Below, in pieces: positions 34,069 through 44,108 of a stretch of DNA of 64,000 nt; position 1 is the stretch's first letter; every line of letters begins with the position of its first letter. The translations under genes and the position numbers were made by a program. Below the pieces are notes generated by a model. It was not told the DNA's origin and ran no database searches. It was given only the letters and a program-made list of their open reading frames with translations. This stretch comes from Spirochaetia bacterium. Its GTDB lineage: Bacteria > Spirochaetota > Spirochaetia > DSM-2461. The stretch is taken from the NCBI GenBank assembly GCA_963668315.1, contig OY764216.1:32001-96000 (forward strand), written 5' to 3'.

Positions 34069-35037
34069 TTATTCTTCGATTGTTAATTGACGGATTACCT
34101 CCAACTGTTCCAGATAATCCTTTTCAGAAAGAGAAATAACAAATGATGCCCTCCCGCCGGTTTCGGAGCCGGGACCGCGGCAGCCGCCTTCGGAGAACCG
34201 GAAAAGTCCATGGGCGCTCTCTTTTCCCCAGTCATCGAACCCCTCTTTTCGGATGTGTTCCCCCAGTTCGCACTCTATCAGATCGATTTTGCCATACTCC
34301 CGCCAGGGTCTTCCCAGGAAAACCGAACGGGGAGGACAGTCGCTTGTAAATCGGCAATGGTAAAAAACAAACCCGGCCGCCTCCCCTTCGGGAGTACAGG
34401 GCGCGGCCACATATCCGTTAACTTCCCGGTCTCTGTTCCGGCTGAAGATTTCACACTCCTCAAAAAGAGCGGCGGCTCCACCGAAGATAAAATCAATATC
34501 CCCCGTAATGAAGCAATCCTTGAAATAATGGGCGCCCATCGTCCTTTCCCTGTATTCCGTAGGACCGGTAAAACCGCCTTTTTCCTTTTCCGTAGGGGGG
34601 AGAGGAGCCAGAAAAACCGTATCCTGATGGCCGATAAAACGGCATTTCTCATAGCGGCTTTTTTCCGTATCAACGAAAAGGGCCAGAGCCTGCCCTGCAA
34701 GATCTCCCGGTCCGGCGGCATTTTTGAAGGTGATATTACAGGCGGAAAAATCCCTTCCCTCCACCATGACGGTAGCCGTTCGGAAAGTCCCCCGCTTGAT
34801 TCCGTCCGGTAAAATCTCATAGGCCCCGTGGTCAAAGGTGATGATGGACTCTCCCCCGTCTTCTCCGCAGAGGGTTATACGGGGCTGGGTAATATGAATC
34901 CTTTCATGATAGATTCCCGGAGAGAGACGGATTTCCACGGGCAGTCCCCAATACCCCTCAGCCGCACCCAGGGCTTCTGCCACGGAAGAGAAAGCGTTCC
35001 CTTCCTCTTTATTAACGGTCAATACAATTCTGTCCAT
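34069..35037 (-). CDS. Pectin methylesterase (CE8)
   Basis: GIYHERI, GTFRTAT, QALAL, QDT, DFIFG, LGRPW. Confidence 0.95.
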   Translation of the reverse strand: MDRIVLTVNKEEGNAFSSVAEALGAAEGYWGLPVEIRLSPGIYHERIHITQPRITLCGEDGGESIITFDHGAYEILPDGIKRGTFRTATVMVEGRDFSACNITFKNAAGPGDLAGQALALFVDTEKSRYEKCRFIGHQDTVFLAPLPPTEKEKGGFTGPTEYRERTMGAHYFKDCFITGDIDFIFGGAAALFEECEIFSRNRDREVNGYVAAPCTPEGEAAGFVFYHCRFTSDCPPRSVFLGRPWREYGKIDLIECELGEHIRKEGFDDWGKESAHGLFRFSEGGCRGPGSETGGRASFVISLSEKDYLEQLEVIRQLTIEE

Positions 35038-35068
35038 CGGTACACCTCTTCTCCTTTCAAGTTTACAA

Positions 35069-36199
35069 CTATTTCAGCCACTTTTCCTCATGACCGGATA
35101 AAAAAGCTCTTATGCTCTCCACAGACGGCGGGCATCCGCCCAGACAGAAATCCCCCTTCGTGCAGCTTCCGATTCCCAGGACGTCGGGGGAGAGTCTGCT
35201 GCCCCGGAACTCCTGGCCTATACAGATTGACCGGGCGATTCCCCCCTCCAGGCTTTCCCTTTCCCTTAAGGCCATAGCCAGGTGGCCGAAACAGGAAGAA
35301 CAGGCCGATCTCTGGTCTACGATCTGGCGGATGAGCTCCTTTCGTTCATCCCGGCCGGAAGGGCGGTCCATTCCCGCATCACCGGTCCTCCCGTCCAGGT
35401 CGATGATATCCTCATCGGCCGTATGGCCCGATCCTATCCCCAACGCCTCGGCCATGCCGATATAACGCACGTCCTCTTCGGGTACCCCAAGCAGACGGGC
35501 GGCGTAGCTGTCCATGGCCACCGGATCCTTTCCCAGAAGCAGCAGATCCCTTTTCTCGGGGTTTCCCCCCTCCTCCCAGCCGGGATCGGGATTCAGCCCG
35601 TCCACCAGAGCGAAAGCCGGGCGGATAAGCGTATTAAGCCGTGCCACCGGCCTGTGTACCCCCAGGCTGTGATAACGCCGCTTCTCCGAATCGGGGATGC
35701 AGCCCTTGAGATTTTTCAGGGCGCAGGTGATCCCGGTCTGCCCGTGGCCCTTCACCAGCGGAAGATTAATCAGGCTCCCCCCCTCATCCTCAAGCTCCGC
35801 GACGGAACGGCATATTTTAAAGGGACCGTCCTCCGTCATGCGGGTAACCGATTCATCCTTCTGCAGATCGATCAGGGGAATTCCGTACTTATCGGCCAGT
35901 TCTTCATAACCGCACACCCGGAAGGCACGGGACGTGGAATCCCCTACCCAGGAACCTTCGCCTATGATAATCCGTTCATATCCCCCGTCCCGCAGATAAC
36001 GGATAAGCCCCTCGGTCACGGAAGGGGTAGTCGTGGCTCCCCCGGATGCCGGCTGACTGAGGATCAGATTGGGTTTGAGCATCACAGGGGCGGATGGCAG
36101 ACCCAGCCAGTCAAGGGCCCCCGCAGCATCCAGCAGATCCCCCACGTCCCGGAAGACATCCTTTCTGTCCCTGTTCGTTTTTCTCCAGATAGAACTCAT
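35069..36199 (-). CDS. DUF362 domain Fe-S protein
   Basis: MLKPNL, TT.P, NLP.VK.H, ALKNLKG, DPVAMD, C-terminal ACSSC...G.C...GCPP. Confidence 0.85.
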   Translation of the reverse strand: MSSIWRKTNRDRKDVFRDVGDLLDAAGALDWLGLPSAPVMLKPNLILSQPASGGATTTPSVTEGLIRYLRDGGYERIIIGEGSWVGDSTSRAFRVCGYEELADKYGIPLIDLQKDESVTRMTEDGPFKICRSVAELEDEGGSLINLPLVKGHGQTGITCALKNLKGCIPDSEKRRYHSLGVHRPVARLNTLIRPAFALVDGLNPDPGWEEGGNPEKRDLLLLGKDPVAMDSYAARLLGVPEEDVRYIGMAEALGIGSGHTADEDIIDLDGRTGDAGMDRPSGRDERKELIRQIVDQRSACSSCFGHLAMALRERESLEGGIARSICIGQEFRGSRLSPDVLGIGSCTKGDFCLGGCPPSVESIRAFLSGHEEKWLK

Positions 36200-36350
36200 G
36201 ACACACCTCTTTTCCGCTATCTTACATTACCTGCGGTTCAGGTCAAAGAAAAAAAAGAAAGAATTGGCAATTTTCATAAATTATGGCGAAATGTACCGCT
36301 CTCGCCTCTTTAGGGAGCTATCGCACATCGATTTTCCCCGTGACGGGAAT

Positions 36351-36366
36351 TGGCACAGTCGTTGCA
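36351..36366 (+). promoter_or_regulatory. sigma54 (-24/-12) promoter
   Basis: TGGCACAGTCGTTGCA matches TGGCAC-N5-TTGCW. Confidence 0.8.
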
Positions 36367-36402
36367 TATACATTGGTAGAACAATAAAAGCGAGGTAATA
36401 TC

Positions 36403-36735
36403 ATGAAATTATACAGATCAAAACAGGGAAAGGTCCTGGGAGTTTGCCAGGGACTGTCCGACCGCACCGGCTATCCGGTCAAGTATTTCCGCCTGCTCTT
36501 CGTCGCCGCGGCATTCTTTACTCTCTGGTGGACCCTGGCCCTGTATGCAGCAGCGGCTCTTCTCCTTCCCGTGAAAAGACCGGAAGGTTATGAACCGGAG
36601 GGCTTCGGCGAGACCCTGGATGACCTGAAGGATGATTTTCTGGATTTTATCGGCAGAGAGTACCGGGAGTTCAGGGAAGCGGGGCGGAACAGGGGACAGG
36701 CGGAAAGCGGCCAGCCCCGGAAGAAAGAAATCTGA
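36403..36735 (+). CDS. pspC: PspC domain protein
   Basis: KLYRS...VLGVCQGL, followed by a TM and Y....LLP. Confidence 0.85.
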   Translation: MKLYRSKQGKVLGVCQGLSDRTGYPVKYFRLLFVAAAFFTLWWTLALYAAAALLLPVKRPEGYEPEGFGETLDDLKDDFLDFIGREYREFREAGRNRGQAESGQPRKKEI

Positions 36736-36747
36736 TGCCCCGTCCCC

Positions 36748-38100
36748 CTACCGCTGTTCGATGCGGTTTCTTCCGCCGTTCTTGGCATCGTAAAGAGCTT
36801 CGTCGGCACGCTTTATAAGGGAATTAACCGTATCGTCGGCGGAACGGATAGAAACGCCGACACTTACGGTTACGGGAATTTTAATGCCGGGAATCTCCAT
36901 GGCCTGTATCTTTCGCCTTATCCTGTCCATCGTCATTACGGCATTTTCTCCTGTTGTATTGAAGAGAAGGATAATAAACTCTTCCCCGCCGAAACGGCCC
37001 AGAATATCGTTGCCCCGGAGAGTCCGTGAACAGATGGCGGCAATGGCGCTTATGACCTCATCGCCCTTCTGGTGCCCGTAGGTATCATTCACCCTTTTGA
37101 AATAATCGATATCCACCATGGCAACAACCAGTTCAGTTTGTCCGATATCATTGAAAATCTGATTCATGGTCCGGTCAAAGCTTTTTCTTGTCAGAAAGCC
37201 GGTGAGCTGGTCCTTTTCGAGCTCGCTGACCATACCGCTCATCTCTTCCCTGTTCTGAACGGCGATGGTAAGGATATCGGCAAAACTCAATACGGGATAC
37301 AGGTCGGTTCCGTCATAGGCTCCCTTCTTCCGGTGATAGAGAAAAAAAGCACCGATGAAATCGTTCTTAACAATCAGAGGCACAACCATGACCGAACCGC
37401 ACTCCTCAGAGCCGACTTCCTCGATAATGGGATATTTAGACTTTACGATCTGCCCCATAAGCTCATCAAGCCCGGGTATATCAACATTGCTTCCCGCAGG
37501 ATACACATGAACCGGTTTCGAGAGATCTCTTTTCAGATAGACCGAACAGCTGGAAAAATCGATAACGTCCTTTAATTTTTCAAGTCCCCCGTCCAGCTTT
37601 TCTGAAAAGTGAAGATCGGAAACAACGTCGGCTCCGGCGGAGAAAAGAATCTCCGAGACCCTGTTTTTCCTTTTCTCCTCGATCAGCTGTTCATGAAGAA
37701 TCTCTTCCGCCTTTTTCCGTCTGTTGATGATTCTGTCAAAACCGAACAGTTTCTCTATCCGGCCGGCATTATCCCTCTTGAGAACGGTCGCATGGGTCAA
37801 AACCCAGTACCATACCCCTTTAATGTTCTTAAGCCGATATTCACAGTAGAGCTCATCGTCCTGCCCCCGGGTGAACCGGTTCCATAGGCGAATATAATTA
37901 TCATAATCATCGGGATGGATTCGTTTATGGTACGCTCCGCTCGTCATCTCTTCCCGGCAGAAGCCCAGCTCCGTGCAGACATTGCTTATGCTCCCGATGT
38001 TTTGGCGGTAGTCCACATAAAACATTCCGGCGTCATGCAAGGTCTGCTCAAAAAGAGGTTCATTCAATACATCAAGGAAAGTTCTCTTTTTTCCATCCAC
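36748..38100 (-). CDS. PAS-GAF-GGDEF diguanylate cyclase
   Basis: IHPDD PAS, DQLTG, DIDYFKRVNDTYGH, RGND I-site, RFGGEEF. Confidence 0.94.
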   Translation of the reverse strand: MDGKKRTFLDVLNEPLFEQTLHDAGMFYVDYRQNIGSISNVCTELGFCREEMTSGAYHKRIHPDDYDNYIRLWNRFTRGQDDELYCEYRLKNIKGVWYWVLTHATVLKRDNAGRIEKLFGFDRIINRRKKAEEILHEQLIEEKRKNRVSEILFSAGADVVSDLHFSEKLDGGLEKLKDVIDFSSCSVYLKRDLSKPVHVYPAGSNVDIPGLDELMGQIVKSKYPIIEEVGSEECGSVMVVPLIVKNDFIGAFFLYHRKKGAYDGTDLYPVLSFADILTIAVQNREEMSGMVSELEKDQLTGFLTRKSFDRTMNQIFNDIGQTELVVAMVDIDYFKRVNDTYGHQKGDEVISAIAAICSRTLRGNDILGRFGGEEFIILLFNTTGENAVMTMDRIRRKIQAMEIPGIKIPVTVSVGVSIRSADDTVNSLIKRADEALYDAKNGGRNRIEQR

Positions 38101-38212
38101 CCCGGATCCCCATGATACTTTATGTTTTACTGAACATTATGGGGGGGCGGTAGATGGGAATCAAGAAAAATTTATTCTGAAATAGATTTTATATTCCCTG
38201 GGTGTTGTATAC

Positions 38213-38251
38213 AAAAAAAAGATGATGACCCAATTCGGATCATCATCTTTT
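38213..38251. terminator. Hairpin terminator after the lipoprotein gene
   Basis: A-run, GATGATGA-loop-TCATCATC, T-run. Confidence 0.7.
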
Positions 38252-38267
38252 GCTATAACATCTTAGC

Positions 38268-39968
38268 TTATGGCTGGATTTGATCCAGAACGATACCGTC
38301 AGAGTAGTTCTCGTTATAGTCAACAGTCTGGATCAGATAATAATAATCCGTTCCCGCAATTCCCTCGGCATCGACATAATTAGGCTGATACCCGCGATAG
38401 ACTTCTTCTCCGTCATCACGGGATCTTGGTTCGCTGCCAGCCTTTCGGGTAACAACAATCTCTTTCAAGTCTTCATCCCTCGGATTTATCCACTGAAGGG
38501 TATTATATGTAGTAGAACCTGAAATCGCCGGAGCGACAACATCGGAGGGAGCGGTAGAATCCGCTCCGGAAGTACCGCTTGCAGAGGTATTTTCCTGAAG
38601 TGTAAGAGAAACAGGAAAGGGGTTGCTCAGACAGAATGTAATGATATCGTCGGAATAATCAGAGGGAGTACCGCCATCATAGATCTCGACAAGATCCACC
38701 AGATTCCAGTTAAAAAGGATTTCAGGGTTTGAATAGGAAGAAAGATCCAGATAACTATCATTCGAATAATAAAGAGATACCGAATTCCCTGACGTCTCCG
38801 TGACAGGATTGATAAAGGTTCCCGTGTCTCCTGCGGGATTCTGGATCCCATCCTGAGTGACATTGGCTCCAATGGTCAGATAGCTCAGGAAGCCTGAATT
38901 TGTCTCTATCGGCTGGAGAGACTCAAAGCTAAAATACCTGAGTTCGGAAGGAAGCCCGTCTATTGAGTCGGTTACCTCACCATCAAAATAATGACTATTA
39001 TATTCAGAAGGCAGTACAAGCCCCGTTATGGATCGGACATAATATCCATCATTAGAACTGCCGTTTCCATGGGGGAGGAACTGCATGGACAACCCATCAA
39101 AAGTGCTTCCGAATATCTCCGTATCACGGATGAAATCATCGGCATAGGCTAAATCAATATGCTTGGGGATGATAGCGCCGTCGGGATTCATCGTCCTTTC
39201 AAGAATTTCCACCGAGGAATAATCGTCTTCGCCGATCTCATTATAGAGGACTATATCATCAATATCCAGAATAAAGCTTTCAGGAGTCAACTGATAAAGA
39301 AGGCTTCCTCTATTTGCTTCTTTTCGATTGTCCTTGAAGTAAGTATCATCAACCATTGAATAGACAGAAATCGATCGGGCATTGCGGGAAGAACGGCTGA
39401 CGGAAGAACCTTCGACACCGGCGGATACAGCCAGTGTTCTTGTGTTGCCATTGTAATAAGCCATATATTGCTCTTTGAAACTTTCCCCGTTGATGGTAAA
39501 AGAGTTAATCGTTATGTTATCATTTTCATCAACAGTAATCGAAAGCGTCAATGAGGTAATGGCAACATCGATTCCACTATCCTCAAAGGTTGTATAGTTG
39601 ATATCGAAAGTACTTGTTGACGGATTATACTCCTCACTACCGACAAGATGTTGTGTTGCATCGCTACTGGTAATTTCCAGATCGAAACTGATAAAAGTAT
39701 TATTTGTGAATGTCAATAAACCGTTCAGATATGTGCCGGTATCAATCGGAAAATTCGAATAAATCTGCGGATTCTCACTCATATCCTCAGTTAATCCCTC
39801 AATTCCTTCTTTATACTCCAGAACTCCGTTATATACCTGGACAAGATCTTCATCTGACAAAGTAAAAGTCGGAGATGAATCTGTCCCCCCGGTATCACAG
39901 GACACAAACAGCACAGCAAGAATCACAACAGAAAGCACAAAGAACTTTTTCATCATAGTTTTCTCCAT
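38268..39968 (-). CDS. Putative surface lipoprotein, acidic and Ser/Thr-rich, with a C-terminal FN3-like domain
   Basis: MKKFF...AVLFVSC lipobox. C-terminal LQWINP...YYYLIQTVDY.NYS. Exact start Met uncertain. Confidence 0.75.
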   Translation of the reverse strand: MEKTMMKKFFVLSVVILAVLFVSCDTGGTDSSPTFTLSDEDLVQVYNGVLEYKEGIEGLTEDMSENPQIYSNFPIDTGTYLNGLLTFTNNTFISFDLEITSSDATQHLVGSEEYNPSTSTFDINYTTFEDSGIDVAITSLTLSITVDENDNITINSFTINGESFKEQYMAYYNGNTRTLAVSAGVEGSSVSRSSRNARSISVYSMVDDTYFKDNRKEANRGSLLYQLTPESFILDIDDIVLYNEIGEDDYSSVEILERTMNPDGAIIPKHIDLAYADDFIRDTEIFGSTFDGLSMQFLPHGNGSSNDGYYVRSITGLVLPSEYNSHYFDGEVTDSIDGLPSELRYFSFESLQPIETNSGFLSYLTIGANVTQDGIQNPAGDTGTFINPVTETSGNSVSLYYSNDSYLDLSSYSNPEILFNWNLVDLVEIYDGGTPSDYSDDIITFCLSNPFPVSLTLQENTSASGTSGADSTAPSDVVAPAISGSTTYNTLQWINPRDEDLKEIVVTRKAGSEPRSRDDGEEVYRGYQPNYVDAEGIAGTDYYYLIQTVDYNENYSDGIVLDQIQP

Positions 39969-40128
39969 ATTAATATTACATTTTTACATAAGTATCGGTT
40001 CTATAATCGGTAATTTCAACTCTTTTTTACCAGTTATAACCACGATCAATGGAGAATAGGGAGAATATTCCTCAGGTTATTCAGCTTTTAAGTGACCTCC
40101 CCGGCCCGCAATGACAGCGTATCCTGGA

Positions 40129-41178
40129 TCAGGCGATTTCATGCTGGGGGTATTTGCCTTTCATAGACCGGGCGATCCTTACCAGACTCAGCATAACGGG
40201 AACTTCTACAAGTACACCGACAACGGTGGCCAAGGTCGCTCCCGAAGAGAGTCCGAATAAACTTATGGCGACAGCTACGGCCAGCTCAAAAAAGTTGGAC
40301 GCACCAATCATTCCCGAAGGAGCGGCTACCTGATAGGGGACTTTCCAAAGTTTGGACCATCCGAAACCGAGAAAGAAGATGAAGTAGGTCTGTATGATCA
40401 GCGGGACGGCGATTAGCAGGATGGCTACCGGATTTGCGATGATTGTTTCCCCCTGGAAGGAGAAAATGATAACCAGTGTCAGCAGAAGTCCCGCTTCGGT
40501 TATTCCGTCGAATTTCTTACAGAACACATTTTCGAACCACTCCTTTCCATGGCTTTTTATCAGAATATTTCTGGTTATGAATCCGGCGGCCAGGGGAATG
40601 ACGACAAAGAGCACAACTGAAATAAACAGAGTATCCATAGGTACCTGGACGTCATTTACCCCCAGCAGCAGAGCGACGATGGGTGCGAAGGCCAGGAGAA
40701 TAATCAGGTCATTCACGGCGACCTGAACAACGGTGTATCCCGGATCTCCGTCGGATAGATAGCTCCAGACAAACACCATGGCAGTACAGGGCGCGGCTCC
40801 CAGCAACACGGCGCCGGCTATATATTCGGTGGCCAGTGGATCGGGGATGAACGCCCGAAAAACCACCTTCAGAAAGAACCGGGCGACAAGGTACATGGAA
40901 AAAGGTTTAACCAGCCAGTTTATGATGAGGGTGATGACCAGGCCCTTAGGTTTTTTACCCGCATCCACAATACTCTTAAAATCGACCTTCAGCATCATGG
41001 GAAAGATCATCAGCCATATAAGAACCGCAACGGGAATGGAAACGTTGGCATACTCCAGTTTTCCAAGCATTTCCGGAATACCGGGAAAGGCGACTCCCAG
41101 GGCAACGCCAAGGCCTATACAGATAGCGACCCAAAGGGTCAGATATTTAGCAAAGAAACCGATCTGCTTTTCAGACAT
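40129..41178 (-). CDS. acr3: Acr3 arsenite efflux transporter
   Basis: LIWLMIFPMM, NWLVKPF, APCTAMVFVW, ASNFFELAVAVA, GVLVEVPVM. Confidence 0.96.
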   Translation of the reverse strand: MSEKQIGFFAKYLTLWVAICIGLGVALGVAFPGIPEMLGKLEYANVSIPVAVLIWLMIFPMMLKVDFKSIVDAGKKPKGLVITLIINWLVKPFSMYLVARFFLKVVFRAFIPDPLATEYIAGAVLLGAAPCTAMVFVWSYLSDGDPGYTVVQVAVNDLIILLAFAPIVALLLGVNDVQVPMDTLFISVVLFVVIPLAAGFITRNILIKSHGKEWFENVFCKKFDGITEAGLLLTLVIIFSFQGETIIANPVAILLIAVPLIIQTYFIFFLGFGWSKLWKVPYQVAAPSGMIGASNFFELAVAVAISLFGLSSGATLATVVGVLVEVPVMLSLVRIARSMKGKYPQHEIA

Positions 41179-41210
41179 GTTCTTCCTCCGTCATATTAAT
41201 TATATTGGCA

Positions 41211-41230
41211 ATTTGGCAAATATGCCAAAT
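41211..41230. promoter_or_regulatory. Palindromic ArsR operator candidate
   Basis: ATTTGGCA-AATA-TGCCAAAT between divergent acr3 and arsR, with an extra TTGGCA half-site at 41205. Confidence 0.65.
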
Positions 41231-41281
41231 GCAGTCAATAATAGATTGACAAATTTACGATAAAAAAACCATATTCTGATA

Positions 41282-41623
41282 ATGAGTTATGAAAAAGAAA
41301 AAGAGCTGGCCCATGCCCGGGCTAAAGTGATAAAAGCCCTGGCCCATCCCACGAGGATATTTATGGTGGATTTACTTTCAAGAGAAGATCTATCGGTCAA
41401 CCGGTTAACGGAAGCCGTGGGGGCAGATGTCTCTACCGTCTCAAAACATCTGTCCCTTCTCAGGCAATCGGGTATCCTGACCGACAAGAAGGAAGGAAAC
41501 CGGGTTCATTACTCTCTCGTCTGCCCCTGCATCATGGAATTCATACACTGTATAGACGATGTCATATATCAGGAGGCGGAGAAGGGATTGTCCTGTCTCC
41601 TTCCGAAGAGTTCCTCCTCCTGA
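41282..41623 (+). CDS. arsR: ArsR/SmtB-family regulator
   Basis: KALAHPTR, STVSKHL, C-terminal CPC...C. Divergent from acr3. Confidence 0.88.
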   Translation: MSYEKEKELAHARAKVIKALAHPTRIFMVDLLSREDLSVNRLTEAVGADVSTVSKHLSLLRQSGILTDKKEGNRVHYSLVCPCIMEFIHCIDDVIYQEAEKGLSCLLPKSSSS

Positions 41624-41641
41624 TCCCGGTTTACAGGAAAC

Positions 41642-43465
41642 CTATTCCACCGTCACACTTTTTGCCAGGTTTCTGGGCTGATCCACATCGCGTTTCAGTT
41701 CCAGGGCGCAGTAGTAACTGAACAGCTGCAGGGGAATCACCATGATAAAGGGATAGAACGACGGATCGACCTTGGGAACGTAGAACACGTCATCGGCGAT
41801 CTCGGCCACCTCTTTATCCCCCTCGACGGCCACGGCGATAACCTTTCCGTTCCGGGCTTTAATCTCCTTCATATTGGAGAGGACTTTCTCCTTGAGAAGA
41901 TCGTCGGCCACCAGAAAAAGAGAAGGGGTGTCTTCATTAATCAGGGCGATAGGACCGTGTTTGATCTCCGCCGCCGAATACCCTTCGGCATGGATGTAGG
42001 AGATCTCCTTCAGCTTGAGGGCTCCCTCAAGAGCCACGGGATAGTTGATGCCCCTTCCGAGAAAGAGGAAGTTCTCATAATAGGCGTATTTTTTGGCCAG
42101 TTCCTTGATCTGCTCCTTGCCGGCCAGAACTTTATCAATCTGAACAGGCAGCTCCTTGAAGGACTGAATGAAAGCCATGCCCCCCTCGGCGGAGAGATCG
42201 CGCATCCGGGCCATGTTCAGAATGAACAGATAGAAGGCGGTCATCTGGGAGGTAAAAGCCTTGGTAGACGCCACGGCGATTTCCGGACCGGAATGTATGT
42301 AAACCCCCCCGTCCGATTCGCGGGGGATGGTCGATCCGACCACGTTGCAGATTCCCAGGCAGCGGCCGCCCTTCCGCTGGATCTCCCTCATGGCGTATAG
42401 GGTGTCGATGGTTTCACCGGACTGGGATATGGCGAAATAGAGGGTATTCTTCTCCACGACGGGGTTGCGGTAGCGGAATTCGCTGGCCAGCTCCACCGTG
42501 CAGGGAATTCGCGCCAGGGATTCCATGAGATTGGCCGCCACCAGGCCCGCATGGTAGGATGTTCCCGCAGCGACGATTTTGACTCGCTCCACATCGAGAA
42601 GCTCCCGGTTGGTCATATTCAATCCGCCCAGCTTGGCCGTGGCCAGTTCCTCGTCAATCCTCCCCTGAAAAGCCCGGGGGACGGACTGGGACTGCTCGAA
42701 GATCTCCTTGAGCATGAAGTGGTCATAGCCGCCCTTCTCCATCTCTTCCAGTTCCCAGGAGATATTCTCCACGGCCTTGGTGATCTCTTCATTGTTGATA
42801 TTGCTGGTCTGGTAGTCTTTCCGGGAAAGGGTGACCATTTCCCGGTCTTCAAAGTAGACAACCCTTTTCGTATAGGCCACCAGGGCGGATACATCGGAGG
42901 CGAGAAACATTTCGTCATCGCCGATTCCCAGGACCAGGGGAGAACCGTTCCGGGCTCCCACCAGCTGATCGGGATTATCCTTATGCATTACAATGATTCC
43001 GTAGGTTCCCTTGACAAGGGCCAGGGCTTCCCGTACCGCCTCTTCCAGATCTCCCTGGTAAAATTTAGCGATAAGATGGGTCAGAACCTCCGAATCGGTT
43101 TCGGAGACGAATTTGTACCCCTCCTCCACAAGCATTTCCTTGAGGGGCATATAATTTTCGATGATGCCGTTATGGACTACGGCAATTTTCCCCGCCCCGT
43201 CCATATGGGGATGGGCGTTAAGATCGGTGACGCCTCCATGGGTGGCCCAGCGGGTATGGCCGATGCCTATGACGCCGGAAACGCCCTTGGGAACATGACG
43301 GCGCAGATCCTGGATTTTTCCCTTGCTTTTATATACGTCTAAATGGGTCCCGTCCCCTATGCCGATGCCCGCCGAATCATATCCCCTGTATTCCAGCCTC
43401 TTCAGACCGGAAAGAAGAACCTCAGCCGCGTTTCGATAACCGCAATATCCCACTATTCCGCACAT
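41642..43465 (-). CDS. glmS: Glutamine-fructose-6-phosphate aminotransferase
   Basis: MCGIVG, LEYRGYDSAG, GHTRWATHG, SQSGET, PRNLAKSVTVE. Confidence 0.99.
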   Translation of the reverse strand: MCGIVGYCGYRNAAEVLLSGLKRLEYRGYDSAGIGIGDGTHLDVYKSKGKIQDLRRHVPKGVSGVIGIGHTRWATHGGVTDLNAHPHMDGAGKIAVVHNGIIENYMPLKEMLVEEGYKFVSETDSEVLTHLIAKFYQGDLEEAVREALALVKGTYGIIVMHKDNPDQLVGARNGSPLVLGIGDDEMFLASDVSALVAYTKRVVYFEDREMVTLSRKDYQTSNINNEEITKAVENISWELEEMEKGGYDHFMLKEIFEQSQSVPRAFQGRIDEELATAKLGGLNMTNRELLDVERVKIVAAGTSYHAGLVAANLMESLARIPCTVELASEFRYRNPVVEKNTLYFAISQSGETIDTLYAMREIQRKGGRCLGICNVVGSTIPRESDGGVYIHSGPEIAVASTKAFTSQMTAFYLFILNMARMRDLSAEGGMAFIQSFKELPVQIDKVLAGKEQIKELAKKYAYYENFLFLGRGINYPVALEGALKLKEISYIHAEGYSAAEIKHGPIALINEDTPSLFLVADDLLKEKVLSNMKEIKARNGKVIAVAVEGDKEVAEIADDVFYVPKVDPSFYPFIMVIPLQLFSYYCALELKRDVDQPRNLAKSVTVE

Positions 43466-43574
43466 ACCAATCTCCGTTTACAGCGTATTTCTTTATGGTG
43501 AATAATAGCGCAACAAGCCTTGTAGAACCATGACAGGACAGAGAAAACCGGGGAAAAACCACGGTTTCGCCCCA

Positions 43575-44102
43575 TTATTCCACGGGAGACAGCTCTCTCC
43601 CGTACTGCCCGGCCAGCTTTTCATAGGCTTCACCGTTCTTGCGGATTCTTTCCACGCTGCCCGGCCCCAGTTCGCGAACAATCTTACCGGGGGCTCCGAG
43701 AACCAGGGAATTATCGGGAATAACCGTGCCTTCCGTGACCAGGGCTCCCGCTCCGATAATGCAGTTGCTTCCGATCTGCGCCCGGGAAAGGACGACGGCA
43801 TTCATGCCGATGAGACAGTTGTCCCCCACCGTACAGGCATGGAGAATGGCCTTGTGCCCCACGGTGACATTCTTCCCGACGACCAGGGACGATCCGCTTT
43901 CGATATGCCCCACGGCGCCGTCCTGGATATTGGTTCCTTCCCCGATAGTGACCGATTCGCCCATATCCGCCCGAAGGACCGCATTGAACCAGACCGAAAC
44001 CCGGTCATGGAGAGTCACCTTGCCAATGATATCGGCGGAGGGAGCGATAAAATGCCCCTCTCCCTTCAGAACCGGCTCGTCTTCACCTAATTTGTATAAC
44101 AT
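43575..44102 (-). CDS. Gamma-carbonic anhydrase family protein
   Basis: Hexapeptide repeats, LRAD, NIQD..H, VGH.AILH.C. Confidence 0.92.
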   Translation of the reverse strand: MLYKLGEDEPVLKGEGHFIAPSADIIGKVTLHDRVSVWFNAVLRADMGESVTIGEGTNIQDGAVGHIESGSSLVVGKNVTVGHKAILHACTVGDNCLIGMNAVVLSRAQIGSNCIIGAGALVTEGTVIPDNSLVLGAPGKIVRELGPGSVERIRKNGEAYEKLAGQYGRELSPVE

Positions 44103-44108
44103 AACTTA

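Noticed and set aside
43466..43574. glmS ribozyme
   Set aside because: The 109-nt gap is short and I see no conserved ribozyme core on the minus strand.
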